The translations under genes were made by a program, and so were the position numbers. From Welwitschia mirabilis (lineage: Eukaryota): a stretch of 64,000 nucleotides of DNA. Of this stretch, positions 11,540 to 24,869 are shown in pieces (within the stretch, counting starts at the first letter, position 1; each line of letters begins with the position of its first letter). The notes under the pieces were generated by a model. It made no database searches. It was not told the origin of the DNA and was given only the letters and a program-made list of their open reading frames with translations. The stretch spans positions 15,717,802 through 15,781,801 of the forward strand of contig JBOZIK010000001.1 of the NCBI GenBank assembly GCA_051453625.1, read 5' to 3'.

Positions 11540-14500
11540 ATTTATGTATGAGGATCTCTATAAAGAAAGAATTACAATTGGTAATAAAATTTTGGAGATA
11601 TTACTAATGTAATAATTATAGATAATTTGGTACTATGCATATAAACTCAAGAAGAATGAAGGAAAAAATAATTAAAGAAAAATTAAAAAGAGTAGGTACA
11701 ATCCTTTCTATACTAATAAAATGAAAAACTCAAGAAAGAAGTTACTAAAATAAAATAAGAAAAACATAATTTTCTATGAAATTTTTCAAAACATATGAAA
11801 AGTATAAAACAAAGATCTCAAATTCATTCATCATGTAGAAAGAATAGGTGATAAGGATGAAAAATGAAAATAAATAACTTCAATAATGCTTTAGTTAAAG
11901 ATATTCTCAAGTTACTCATCTTAAAGAAAAGAAGGAATAAATCTCTTAAGATAGGGATAAAAATGCAACAACACTCAAGAAAGTATGAAATACCATTAAG
12001 AAGCTTCATTTTAAACTTAATAAACTTTATCAACTCTAACTCTACAATAAGAATATGAACATAAGAAAACTATAAAGCCTACTGAAAAAGCTATTAAACC
12101 AACCACTCCTACTAAATCGACCACTAAAGTCGCTAATATCAAAGTAGATCTAGTAGTCAAAATGGAATAAAAACTAAACTATGAGATATAAAATTTTATA
12201 TAAATAATCATAATATAATTATTTTCTTTACATTTTTCTTTAAATCCTTTTTTTATTAAATTAATAAAAGATGAAAGTTTTGAAAAGAACTTATGTTCAT
12301 GTCAAAACTTTATTTAGGGATAAAATAGTCCATAAGACAAACTAAATATTTAAAAGAAACAAGTCATCTTCTAAAGAAGGAAAGAATACTAGTTTCTAAA
12401 AAAATTGTTTGCTAATTTAAAATGAATTAAATTAAAGCTATATATTAAAATGACATAAAGAAATAAAATAGCTATCCACCAAAATATTATCTTATGACAA
12501 AATAAGACACCTAAGAACTAAAGTAATGAAGTTTTTAAATTTTATTATTCTACTATTTTGTAAAGTAAACTTGAAAACAAAAGAAGTAAACTTAGTTTTT
12601 TAAATATCATAAACTAGAAGATGAGAGACAAAATTAGAAAGATGAATAACTAAAAAGATGAAAATGAAACAAATCCAAATCAATCCAAAAATCACAGATA
12701 GGTCTAAAAGATGTGAGATAAAATTAAAATTAAAGGGAATTATTAGTAAGTTAATATAATTGATTTAAATAATTTTTAACTTAGTGATGAAGTATGAAAT
12801 AACATGTTTTATTTTACATGCACAAGATGCAACTATTACATTTAAAAGACACAACCCTTTCAATTGGTAAAAATTATAAAGAGGAAGATCATTCATTCCG
12901 CTTAAAATAATAATAACAAGAAAAAAATGTATCTAAAGTTAATAGTAATATGATGAAATACTAAAGTCACATTGCCATAAGTACAAGGCTTTAAACAAAT
13001 GATTTATTGATGAACAACCTATCTAATTACATTTTTGAAATACTATATATAATGATGTTTTATTATATATCATTAATTATTTTAATTACTATACTAAAAA
13101 TTTAAAATATTATAAAGTTTTTCTATTAACTTCTTTTTTATTTTCTCCATAAAATAGCCTAAAAATTTCCATATTTAATTATAAAAGCTCTATTTAAAGC
13201 ATTCTCACATAGTATCATAGTACTATTACATTTTAATTTCAGACATAGAAAAATATTAAAAACTATCTTTTATATATTAAAAATAGTAATACAATTTATA
13301 AACTTAGTGGTTAAGAACTTAAGGATGACTAACAAGTAAAATAGAAGAGATAAAGATGGTACATCTCCTTTTAAGGAATATCAACATTAGAAAAAAAAAA
13401 ATAACAAGATTAAACTTAATTAAGAGAATAAATTAAAGGTTTCTAATAACTAATTTATATGTAGTTATATTATTAAGTTATTATTTCAAGATCAAGATTC
13501 AAAACTACAATTGAATATATTACTAAATATAAAAGTAACCATAAAAATTATCAATCTAGAGGAACATTTTTATTTTATTATAATTAGTAAGGTTGTAAAA
13601 TACATTATTTTAAATAAGATTGATGTAAAAGAATCCTCTCCATGAACACTAACATTCCCTTAGAAGATGTATTTGAAATAACAGCAAAGATAATTCATAT
13701 GATTTTAGTGGTTTATGGTTGATTTTTTATGGATTTGGAGATGTTTTAATGATCTTTGACATTTCTAAATTAAGATAATTAATGAAAAATATGATCAATA
13801 AATTATTCACAATAATGTAAAATAAAAAATAATATTAAAAAAGGTAATTAAACCTTAACTTAAATGACATGTCTTAAAGGTATAAAAAAAGAAAGAATCT
13901 TTTTGATTTTTAAATATGTATAATGAGTTTAAACTAGTAGTTACTAGAATCATAAGAAGAACTCATTATGAGTTTTGATAATTAATATTATAGCTAAAGA
14001 TTAAGATGTCATTTTGATAGTAACTATTTACTAGTATCAGAATAATCTTTTTCATGAACATAGATCAAAATGAAATTAAAACATGTTAAATTGAAATTAT
14101 GTTTTACTTTTTTCAATTTTCTTTTCATAGTTTATTTTTAAGGAAAATCATATTCAACTCAATTGTTTTATATGTTGGAACATATTTATTTAAAAACTCT
14201 CAATTGAGTCTCTTCACAACATAATAGAATGAGGTTTCAAGAAATGTAGTCATGCTATTTCATTTTATTACAAGAAGAAAGAAAAAAATTCGTTCCAATC
14301 GCATTATTGATCATCTACTTGTGATATTATTACATTATAGCTTCAAATTTACATAGATATTCATACAAAATTTTCCATTCATTTATTCATTATATCTAGC
14401 CTTTTTGAATTAGTATTATCTTTTGCAAAATCTTAATCTTTCATCTTTCATGCATTATTCTACTGGAATCTTTGATGGATAAATCCATAAAAAATTCAAG

Positions 14501-14600
14501 TAAAAATATTTCAATGAACCTCTTTTTAATGAATTTAATGAGCACTAGTATTGGAATTTGAATTGTATGTCTTTTTGGTTTATGTAACCATCTTTAATAC
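11540..14600 (+). mobile_element. Highly degenerate Ty3/gypsy (CRM-like) gag-protease-RT debris
   Basis: Scattered motif relics: LSIGKNYKEE (~12857-12886; cf. FSIGKNYKDEV), YKLS (~13297), QNNLFH (~14038), and VCLFGLCN (~14565; cf. VMPFGLSNAP). No open frame, and the order is partly scrambled. Confidence 0.35.
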
Positions 14601-15579
14601 AATCTTAAGTATCTAATACACACACATACACTTGTATAGGGAGTCAATCCAATGTTCTATTCTAAAGAGCAATTCTAAGTACATGTGGAAAATTACTTCA
14701 TTTGTAAAGGAAATATAAATATTCTTTATTCAATTTTAAAATGAAAAATAAATGATAATGCAATGATGGATGAAATGCAATGAATTAATGTAATAATAAG
14801 ATGCAATCCTAAATGCAATTCAATAACCAAGTTTACCAACTTGTTGTTACCCAAGTTAGTTCATATATACTATATCAAAATCAAATTTAACTCAAATACA
14901 ATTAACATGAGTTCAACCTAATATATAAAGAAGACAAGAGATAAAATAGCATAAACAACATGATTTTCTTTAATTAATCATAATGTTTTTACATCCATTT
15001 AAAAGTAGTTACTTGTAAATAGAAAAAATATAGCCCACACCAATGTAAGCACCTCTTCTAAGGTAGATGAATCCCTTGCTCAATAGACATCCAAATCATC
15101 AAAAGAACAATCAATGCCTAAGATGAAAATGGACAATTTAAGAGAGTATTTATAGTCTTGAATCAATATTTTGGGTTGCCAAGAAGTAGTAACTAATAAA
15201 GTTTAATCATATTACCAATTTTATAATAGATATAATACATTTTACATTCATTAGAGTTATCATCATGCTAGGTGTCATATGGATAATATAAGAGATAGCA
15301 CTCCTATCATCTAATGTTCTCTTATAATAGTTAATTATTCTCCATGTGTCTTCTTGATGTAATTCTTGAGTTTTATTCACTTTGGCATTATTTAGATCAT
15401 AAGGTGGATGACTTTAAGTGAAAAAAAAATTGTTATCATTCTTTGAATATTACCTGATTGCATATCGTTTGGATTACACATGGATGACTATCAATAGAAA
15501 AATGAAGTTTTTATTTGTATATATTGTTTATCATCTTTTTATTATTATTTGGATGACTAGGTGAATGACATCTATGGTA

Positions 15580-15850
15580 ACACCTATAGTAGATGCTATA
15601 GTAACTTTGCTATAGTAATTTTGTTATAGTACATGGTATTGTCCTCTTTCATCTAGAGGACATGCTAGATAATAACTATATTAACTACTACAATAACCTT
15701 CTATAGCAACTCTACTATAGTAACTCTACAATAGTAACTTAATTTCATTTTTTGAGTGTTGTTTGAATAACATGATGGATTAAAGCTATAGAAATTGCTA
15801 TAGTACCTGCTATAGAACAATGCTACAATATGTTGGTATAGTAACTTGCT
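15580..15850. repeat. Short-motif array (G)CTATAGTAAC/GCTACA typical of gypsy LTRs
   Basis: About 10 copies of ctatagta/gctatagtaac/ctacaatag; inferred to be deaminated GCTACAGTAAC. Confidence 0.6.
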
Positions 15851-17764
15851 CCAAGTGATATACTTTTCCTAGCTAAATCACTCTAGTCATTATTTCTTAC
15901 TCCAAGATTAATTTCTCAAGTTTAGCAACTCTAAAATCATCTAAATTGATCATATCAATCCATATTAGACACTAGGATGATAGCTATAACATCTTAATGT
16001 CATTACATTTCATTGTTGTCTCCTTATATGAATGTGAGAACTCTATCATAAATGAAACATTTCTTAAGAATCACCTATAAAGGGTCATAACCGTTAAAAA
16101 ACTATCATATTTTTATCATTGTAATATCTAGTATACTTTTATTCTTAATTAATTAAAAAAATACTTAAATAGACCTAAAAAATTCTTAAAACATGGTGTT
16201 AAATATGACTAACTTGGACTTACAACATAGTCACTCATTTAGCATTTATTAATTCTTGACAAAGAAAGTTAAAAAGAATAAAAGTGAGACGAATTAGAAA
16301 AGGGATGAAAAATAACACTTAATTATAAAGGGTACTTACATTATTAAATATAGAATGCACCTCATTTTACCATATCAAAAAGATATTTCAATTACATATC
16401 ATGAAAAATATATGTATTAACTTAAAAATTATGGTTTTCTTTTTATGAAAAACATATTATATTTTCAATGTACAAATTTATTCCAATCAGATTTAATTTT
16501 TTGATGATTCTAAATATTCACTCTTATGAGGGAAACAAATTTCTCCCAAATTTGAAGTAAGTTTACATGTGATGATCAAAAGAGATAAATTAAATATTCC
16601 AAGGGATGTAAAATAAAAGATAAAAACTAAGCAAAATACCATAACTCAAAAATAATTAAAAAAGAAAAGAAGGAAATGAGGGTCACACTTGATGAAGTGG
16701 AAAATGAGATGAAGATGAAACTAATTGTTAATGATGAAAGCAATAAGATGATCAATAAAAGGCTAATGAGGTGAAAGGACTTGAGCTGATAATAAGCCAA
16801 AAGGATGTAGGTTCTATGCAACATGGAAGTAAATGTGAAAATGACTTTAAGATTTATAAATAAAAATACTAAGAAAATACTAAAAATGACAAATAAACAT
16901 AAAGGTATATAAATAATATTAAATACTTTATTATAAATAAAAACTTATTAATACTTAATGATATTAATAATAGAATAACTTGATATAAAAGATGCATTAT
17001 TAATTGCTANNNNNNNNNNNNNNNNNNNNNNNNNNNNNNNNNNNNNNNNNNNNNNNNNNNNNNNNNNNNNNNNNNNNNNNNNNNNNNNNNNNNNNNNNNN
17101 NNNNNNNNNAAAAGGGTGTAGGTTCTATGCAAGATGGAAGTAAATGTGAAAATGGCTTTAAGATTTATAAATAAAAACACTTAGAAAATACTAAAAATGA
17201 AAAATAGACATAAAGGTATATAGATAATATTAACTACTTTATTCTAAATAATAACTTATTAAGAGTTAATGATATTCATCATAGAATTACTTGATATTAA
17301 AGATGCATGATTAAATGTTAAAAAACAATAAGCATCATTTGATGAGGGCAATTATTGTAACAACATCAAATAATTCTTTTGTAAAGTATTAATGTGATGT
17401 TAGAACTAAAATCAATTCAATCATTTGGTATAGAAATAATGAAACTTTGCTAATATATCATCTAATGATCAATGTATTCTATCATGCTATCAAAGTAATA
17501 GCTCTATAGTTATGTAAAATCAAGATAATAAGGTGTTGAAGAATGTTATTCCTCATGATGAGGGGAGCGTGACGAGTGCTAAGTTGGTAAGAAGCTATAG
17601 GTTAAAGCTAGATCATGACCAACAAACTCTATAATGGTGTTTTCACAACTACCAGGTCATACTATCAAAGGTTTCTTTTAGGAAAATTTACCATAGCATG
17701 CTTATGATAGAACATCATGTAGTCTATTTTTGGAATTTATATTCTTATTTTATTTTCTTCTTAT

Positions 17765-17840
17765 TCTCTCTCTCTCTTTCCCTCTCCCTCTCCCCCCCTT
17801 TCTCCCTCCCTTCTTGCCATATATCTCTCTTTTTTCCCCT
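17765..17840 (+). repeat. CT-rich low-complexity tract
   Basis: ctctctctctctttccctctccctctccccccctttctccctccc. Confidence 0.7.
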
Positions 17841-18974
17841 CTAATTGGCTTTGATTTCGTTTTTAAAACATTGATCAATTCTTAAAATAATAAATTAACT
17901 AAGTATAAAGTTGTAACTCATTTGACATAACTAATACTTAAGTAAAATTATCATAAACATTAAAATTTATAGATATGAAAATGTCTTGAATTGGCTAAAA
18001 TATGATGTTTATCATTTTAAACACTCTAAAATAAAGAATTACTTCCATGAAAACTTATGAAATCTAATACAAAATTAAGTTAATAAATGATCAAAAAATA
18101 AGATGATTTAACCAAGAGATCCAGCTAGAAACTACTTAAACAATGGTAAATGGAAGATGCCTCTCTTGAATAGGAGGATCGTCTAAGTCAATTGCTTTAA
18201 TTATATCCATGATATAAGAAGAATCCTCAAGTTATTAGTATAACTTAAATAATTTTTCATTAAATTTTAACCTTTGATGAGTGTTTAAGTTACAAATTTT
18301 AATAGACCCATTAAGATGTACTTTCTCTATCAGTTAAGTACTTATCCATTTATAAGTTATTTTTTTATGAAATAGATGCACTTGAGTATTAAATAAAATT
18401 ACTAATTGAGTAGATTAAAAAGATTTACTAATGAGATTTTTGTTATGGTAAAATTTGATTTGAGCTCTTTGGATGAGTTATCTATGAATATCATGATTTT
18501 ATTTTTCATCAAGGTGTTAAAGTTAAACTAGTCTATCTTGAAGATTATCATAAAAATTCATGACATTAAGTTGATAGATGGTTTTATAGGAATTGTATCA
18601 CAAATCAACAGAAAGTACATAAGTTTTACCATATGCAAGTTTGTAAGGTAAAAAACTAAGTGAATTATATTAAGTAGTTTGNNNNNNNNNNNNNNNNNNN
18701 NNNNNNNNNNNNNNNNNNNNNNNNNNNNNNNNNNNNNNNNNNNNNNNNNNNNNNNNNNNNNNNNNNNNNNNNNNNNNNNNNTCATAAAAATTCATGACAT
18801 TAAGTTGATAGATGGTTTTATAGAAATTGTATCACAATCAACAGAAAGTACATAAGTTTTACCATACACAAGTTTGTAAGGTAAAAAACTAAGTGAATTA
18901 TATTAAGTAGTTTGATAAGCTCAAAGTACATCATGAAACTTGAAAGATCAAGACTTTTTATTTTAGGAGATAAG

Positions 18975-20895
18975 GTTTTATAGCATTTTCTATATTTCCC
19001 TATTACATTCTTGGTTTGGCCGTTGATTTGGAGATGATAAGTGTTAGCTATTTTATGCTCAATTCCAATAGAAATTAGAAGTTTTAAAAACTATGTTTCT
19101 AAAATGAGTATCTTGGTCACTCGTCAAGATTCTAAAAAAGCCAAACATATGAAAAATATTAGATATAAGAAAAGAACATATGTTTTTAGCTTCATTTATT
19201 ATTGTAGGAATGTATTTTATTCATTTAGTTACATAATCCACAATTACTAAAATATAATTCTTATTTCAAGAAGATGGTGTAAGAGGGCATGTGAAGTCTA
19301 TATCTCAACAACTAAAAGGTTGATATTCTAAGATAAGTTGTAAGAACATGTCTTAAGGTTTAAAACGGAAACCAAAGTATTGATAAGGATCACATCTTTT
19401 AGTAAAGTCTAGTAAATATTTAAAGAGGATAGACCAATAGAATCTGCTATGAAGGATTTTCACAAAAGTTTTTTAGCCATTAAAAAAACTCTACATACAC
19501 CACCATAAGAAAGGATAAGGGCATCATATTATTTCCATTCTAACACACACTTACACATGATTTAAGCTTTATGTTTTTAGTAGAGATATGGTTCATACCA
19601 TTCATAATCTCCTATTATATGAAGAAAAGTTTTTCTTTGATTGTGATTCCAATGTTAAGAAGTTTTCATGGTAAAATAATAAATGACAATGTCAACATAC
19701 TACGTAGTAGGGTGTTTATAAGAGATGAAGTAAAAATGTGCAATAGAAAATATTTGATCATCTAGAAAGATGCCTTTGGTAAGAATATCAACATAAAAAT
19801 GTATAATATGTTGTTCATAGGGAATTCTAAATAGATTATTAGTAACACAATTATGTTTTTCTTACTTAGCTATGATGGTTAAGTTGAATTCTTTCATTAA
19901 CAACATTCATATAATAAGTCTTCCACTATGATATTTCTTGGTTATTACATATCAACTAGAAGCATGATCAATATAAACACTTATATAGAGACTAAGAAGA
20001 TAATGTTAAATTTGATTAACATAAAATATGATAGAAAGAATTTCTTTTTCAATAGTGGTATAATTAAGTTGGACTATTAAAAGAGTTTTGTAAATGTATT
20101 AAATAACCTTATAAACTTTCTCATCTTTTTATTTTAACATACAACATATAACTATATTACTTACATTATAAATAAGTTTAAAGTCTTTATTCTAATCAAG
20201 CACATCTACAAAAAGTATTGAAGTGATTTTGTATTTCTTTTTTTTTAAAGGAATTATAACAAGACTTATTCCAATCAAACTTAACATCTTTTTCTAAGNN
20301 NNNNNNNNNNNNNNNNNNNNNNNNAGCATAGTCCATAATGAATCTTCAATAAAATGAGCATGATAAGAAAATACTTAACCTGACTTATTTAACATTGATT
20401 AGAGAAGGAATGGTTTTAATAATGTCTATTTTAGCAACATCCATTTAAATACCATCACTAGAAATATAATGATCTAAGTATATCTCATTCCCTACTAAGA
20501 AGTAACTCTTTTCATAATTTAAATAAAGGCCACTTTCTATGCATTAGTTGAGAACTTTTTTAATCTCTTTAAGGTTTTTCTCAAAATAATCCTCAAAGAT
20601 AAAAAATTCATCCATAAATATTTCTATATATGCTTCAATCATGTCTAAAATATTGATCATGGTATTAAAGGTTCTAGGTGCATTACAAAAATCAAGGGCA
20701 TTCTTCTAAAGGCAAAGATGCTAAAAAAAGAGGTAAAAGTTAGCTTGGCTTAATCTTCATTAACTATACATGGTTGATTATAAACACTATATCCATCAAG
20801 GAAGTAATAATAATGATGGACTTAGATCCTATGAAGAATTTGATTTAGAAAGGACAAGGAATAATGATCTTTCTTGGTGACATCATTAAGATATT
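18975..20895 (-). pseudogene. Athila-type Ty3/gypsy pol remnant (RT - RNase H - integrase)
   Basis: Minus-strand translation gives LNDVTKKDHYSLSFLNQIL..YYFLDGYSVYNQ (~20890-20780), AFRRMP..CNAP..EIFMDEF (~20710-20605), LNYEKSYFLV..LDHYISSDGI*MDVAKIDII (~20520-20420), *YVDIV (cf. WYADIV, ~19700) and NIFHMFG..SDQDTHF..HKIANTYHLQINGQ (~19160-19015). Many stops and frameshifts. Confidence 0.9.
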
Positions 20896-20902
20896 AAATT
20901 AT

Positions 20903-21511
20903 TTTATAGTTCTTTGACATTAGTGGTATGAAAATTTCTTGATTCTTTCATTACAGTTATATTTGGCCTGTATTTTAGAATCAAGGATTTGTCCACTTTA
21001 TAAATTATCTTAGTATTTAAAATATCTCCACCAATTCTGTAACTTACATTCACAATGTTATTAAATCTTCTGAAAATTTATGTACCCTTTTTTAATCATT
21101 TATTTAAAGGTTCTTAAATTCATCTTTCTAAATCAAAAGTTTTATTTATTTGACAACTAAGATTTCATCACATATACCTTTTAAGACATTCCATATCTCT
21201 TTCATAGTTTTTCATTTATCTATATTGTTGAACTCTCATATAATAAGGAATGATTAGAATGCATGATTTATCTTTGAATCACACATGAAGGCCACAATAT
21301 CTTATTCTTTCCATTTGCTCCTAGGCTTGCCATATGTGATGTTGTTTCTTATAGTATTTATAAAATTTTATATTGGCTCTATGTATCCATCTTTAATACT
21401 TTATCAAGCCTAAGACTTAAGATACTATAAGTACATCTACATTCTAATCATCGAATAGGCATAGTTTATTCCATCACAGAGTGAAGGTCTATTGAATAGA
21501 ACCCCTTCCAT
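20903..21511 (-). pseudogene. Sirevirus-type copia gag N-terminal fragment (family B, truncated)
   Basis: From ATG at 21511: MEGVLFNRPSLCDGINYAYSMIRM*MYL (copia gag N-terminal RPPLFDG.NY..W..RM motif). Colinear with 45160-45770. Confidence 0.85.
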
Positions 21512-21550
21512 AATTCACTCAAGAATGTTATTCTTTCTTATGAGTATCCA

Positions 21551-21561
21551 CTCTAAAACCA
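21551..21561 (-). promoter_or_regulatory. Primer-binding site (degenerate tRNA-iMet PBS)
   Basis: Minus strand TGGTTTTAGAG (cf. TGGTATCAGAG), about 2 nt from the LTR end and upstream of gag. Confidence 0.75.
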
Positions 21562-21683
21562 CTTAAGGATTGTTGAATTTAGGTGAAAGGGGTAAATAAG
21601 TTCTACTAAATAAAAAATTAAATCAAATAATTGAAAAAGTCATAAGAAACAAATATTATTAATCTATGTGGTTCCCAACCTAG

Positions 21684-22326
21684 TGTTGCGGTGTGAATTT
21701 ATGTAATTCTGAAGCTCTTTTAGGTAAACCTATAAATCATATAACTTGCAAAAAAACACACACTAGTATAGACGGGAGTTCACCCAAATGTCGTAATTCT
21801 AATGAAGGCACTANNNNNNNNNNNNNNNNNNNNNNNNNNNNNNNNNNNNNNNNNNNNNNNNNNNNNNNNNNNNNNNNNNNNNNNNNNNNNNNNNNNNNNN
21901 NNNNNNNNNNNNNNNNNNNNNNNNNNNNNNNNNNNNNNNNNNNNNNNNNNNNNNNNNNNNNNNNNNNNNNNNNNNNNNNNNNNNNNNNNNNNNNNNNNNN
22001 NNNNNNNNNNNNNNNNNNNNNNNNNNNNNNNNNNNNNNNNNNNNNNNNNNNNNNNNNNNNNNNNNNNNNNNNNNNNNNNNNNNNNNNNNNNNNNNNNNNN
22101 NNNNNNNNNNNNNNNNNNNNNNNNNNNNNNNNNNNNNNNNNNNNNNNNNNNNNNNNNNNNNNNNNNNNNNNNNNNNNNNNNNNNNNNNNNNNNNCAAGAA
22201 TTATATGTTTTTATGATCATCTTGTCATCTCTCCATAATTAGCAGAATTGCATCTAAACCTATATAAATGTCCTGTAAAAGTACTCTAAATACATCATCA
22301 AATTCCTACAAATTGGCATCGCAACA
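21684..22326 (-). mobile_element. Solo-LTR-like insertion (probably Athila-type) with 5-bp TSD CCTAG
   Basis: Termini TGTTGCGGTG...CATCGCAACA (9/10 inverted match). CCTAG at 21679-21683 and 22327-22331. The empty site is visible in the homologous LTR (ccaacctgggtatgttaacacatag, ~45934). The middle ~380 bp is N; orientation is inferred from texture. Confidence 0.85.
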
Positions 22327-22477
22327 CCTAGGTATGTCAACACATAGATAGTAACTTCCCTTCATAGCTCTAGATGTTATTAACCTATAAAATAGTGATT
22401 TAGAAGCATCACCAAATTTATAACCAACTAACTACTTTTTTTAAGATAGCACTCTCTTCCTCTCAAGGATCATAGTA

Positions 22478-22745
22478 AATCAAAGTTCAAAAGTGCACTC
22501 AATCACTTCACCTTCACCAATCAGAAGAATTACATCCATGCAAGTGTTTCATTGGATTTTGAAATCCCCAAATAAGGAACCCTAGAAAGAAATATTAATA
22601 AAAATGATTTTAATCAAAGTTCAAAAGTGCTCTTAAGCACTTAACCTTAACTGACTAAAATAATTACATCCATGCAAGGGTTTCATTATATTTTGGAATC
22701 CCTAAATAAGGGATCCTAGAAAGAATTATTAATAAAAATGATTTT
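22478..22745. repeat. Diverged 134-bp tandem duplication within the LTR
   Basis: 22478-22611 and 22612-22745 both run aatcaaagttcaaaagtgc...aataaaaatgatttt. The homologous LTR (~46097-46220) has a single copy. Confidence 0.9.
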
Positions 22746-23540
22746 AGACTTAGAAATAAATGATTTAATAAAACTAATAGTATAATAGATAAGTGAAAAA
22801 AACAATAATGAGATAAGAAAAATCCTAGAAAATGTATCAAGTATTATTACTTCAGTTCTTTTTCAATGTAATCACTCAAATGAATCAAATATTATATTAG
22901 CAGTAGTGGATAAGTAGAGAATAACTAAGTGTCTTTATTGTGAGTTCCTCTTTATCAAGTTTAAAAGATTTTAGCTTGTGAAATTTTAGAAATAATTTTT
23001 TTAAAATTTTTTCAAATCTCTTCCTTTATGACTTTTATACTTCTAAGGTAATCTAGTCTATTACCCTAAGGTAATGACCATTTGAAGTAGATTAAACATT
23101 GTCCAATGACTAAAAATGGTTGGTTTATTATATCTAAATATTATTTTCATTTTGCATCATTTTTTAGAATAGATTCTTTCAATCTCATAGATGTCTTTGA
23201 GATAGACATCTTCAATTTTGATAGACATCTTTGAGGCATATGTGTTCAACATGATAAATCTCTTTAAAAAAATATCCCATATTTCAACTAGATTTTAACT
23301 CTTATTTCTCTTATCATTTAGCATCATGAATTCATTATGAAAAACTTATCTAGGATCTAGAAAATTAATGGACCATTACTTTTATCCTTTTTTATATAAA
23401 CTATTATCTATTACCTCTTTTAGTTCAGTATAGATGTGTTCCTCATGATAGATATATTTTCCTTTGATTCAAGTTCACTTTTATTATAGATGTCTTTAAA
23501 CCTCTAAATGTATTTCCTTCTAATTTAGGCTTATCATTAG

Positions 23541-24803
23541 TATTGAGTTATAATTTGTTAAGTTGATATTAAACTAACATTTTTTGTGTAGCAAAATGCA
23601 TTATATCTTTTGCAAAAAATATTAATCTTTGCAGGTTAGTAACTAAAATCTTTTGTCACAAATCTTACATGAACTTGACAAGTTTTATACCATCAAATGG
23701 GTCAACTGAATCCCTAAATAATTTACTAAACTTAAATCATAAAGTGTTAAAAATAGATTGTAGAAGGATCAACTAGATTCTAGAGAGGATAACCAAATTT
23801 AAGCATCAAATTTATCACATTTGAACATTAAGGGATCAACTAGATTCTAGAGGTGTTAACTAGACTTGGAGTAAAATGTTTTCATCCTTTGTCATCAAGG
23901 GTCAACTATACTTTTGTGAGGTCAATTAGATCTAGACCATAAATACTAGTTTGCATTTTTCTAGACATGGGATCAACCACATAAATATTTAGTCGACTAG
24001 ACATGCAGTTGGTAGGATCCCTGAGGAGTCAAATAGACATGGAGCCATAAGAAACTTAGGTTGACCAGAAGAAGATGAGGACAACCAAATTCAGTGACAG
24101 TACTAGATGGGATCAACTAGATATTTCAAGGGGTCGATATCCATGATAGAAATGGGATTTTTATAGCTATTTAAACATCCATGTTTATCCATTAAAGAAT
24201 ATTTTCACATGTAGAACCCTAAAAATCTTCTTCTATATATTTGCCAATAGTTAAAATTATTGTACCAGCTTTTGTATCATTGTTGAATATTTTTTGATGA
24301 GCTTTTGGACTTCTCATTAGCACATCTTCTATCTAACTAAAGAAGAATAAATATCTTTTATTATCATTTGTACTTGATTAATTAGTTGCACTATACATTT
24401 GAAGATTGTACAATCATCTCAAGCAGTCTAGAAATATTATTGTAGAACTTCAGATCTAGTGAAATCTATACATTATGACATGCCATTATTACTACATATC
24501 ATTCTCTCTAAACATTGAGACTGAGCCTCTAAAAACCTGAAATACCTAGAAAGTCATTAATGAAGATCCAAATCAGGCCTAGGTAGAATCTAATCATCAA
24601 AAGTGGAGTAGAGAATTTCCTAAACCACTATAAATCCTATGTCAATATACATTAGTATTTGTATGCTTTTAGCTATTTACTTTTAGATTGTTATTATTCT
24701 TTATTTGCATAAATATTTTAGTTTTCAATACTTGTAGAGATAGCTTGTAAATTTATTTATTTAATTTTTAAATTCTATTTTCCCCAGGGTTCTAGATCCT
24801 TCA
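23541..24803 (+). repeat. 5' LTR of family A element
   Basis: Homologous along its length to 34903-36764. Ends ttctagatccttca directly before the PBS and carries GTCAACTAG/GTCGACTAG repeated motifs. Confidence 0.9.
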
Positions 24804-24805
24804 TT

Positions 24806-24818
24806 TGGTATTAGAGCC
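24806..24818 (+). promoter_or_regulatory. PBS (tRNA-iMet)
   Basis: TGGTATTAGAGCC (one C>T from TGGTATCAGAGCC), 2 nt after the LTR. Confidence 0.9.
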
Positions 24819-24869
24819 AGGTAGCATTATTAGTAGATTCTAATAGGTTTTAACTCTTAAACCCTAAAT

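Larger units (their letters stand above)
21564..23540 (-). mobile_element. Family B Sirevirus LTR, 3' portion (interrupted at 21684-22326 and at 23541)
   Basis: Colinear homology with the LTR at 45819-47420. Has the Sirevirus-like end motif (aggtgaaaggggtaaataag on plus) and AGATGTCT/AGACATCT motif arrays. Confidence 0.85.

Noticed and set aside
10021..14300. Endogenous pararetrovirus (caulimovirid) suggested by A-rich coding-like texture
   Set aside because: No movement-protein, coat-protein or caulimovirid RT motifs recognised. The few readable motifs fit Ty3/gypsy better.
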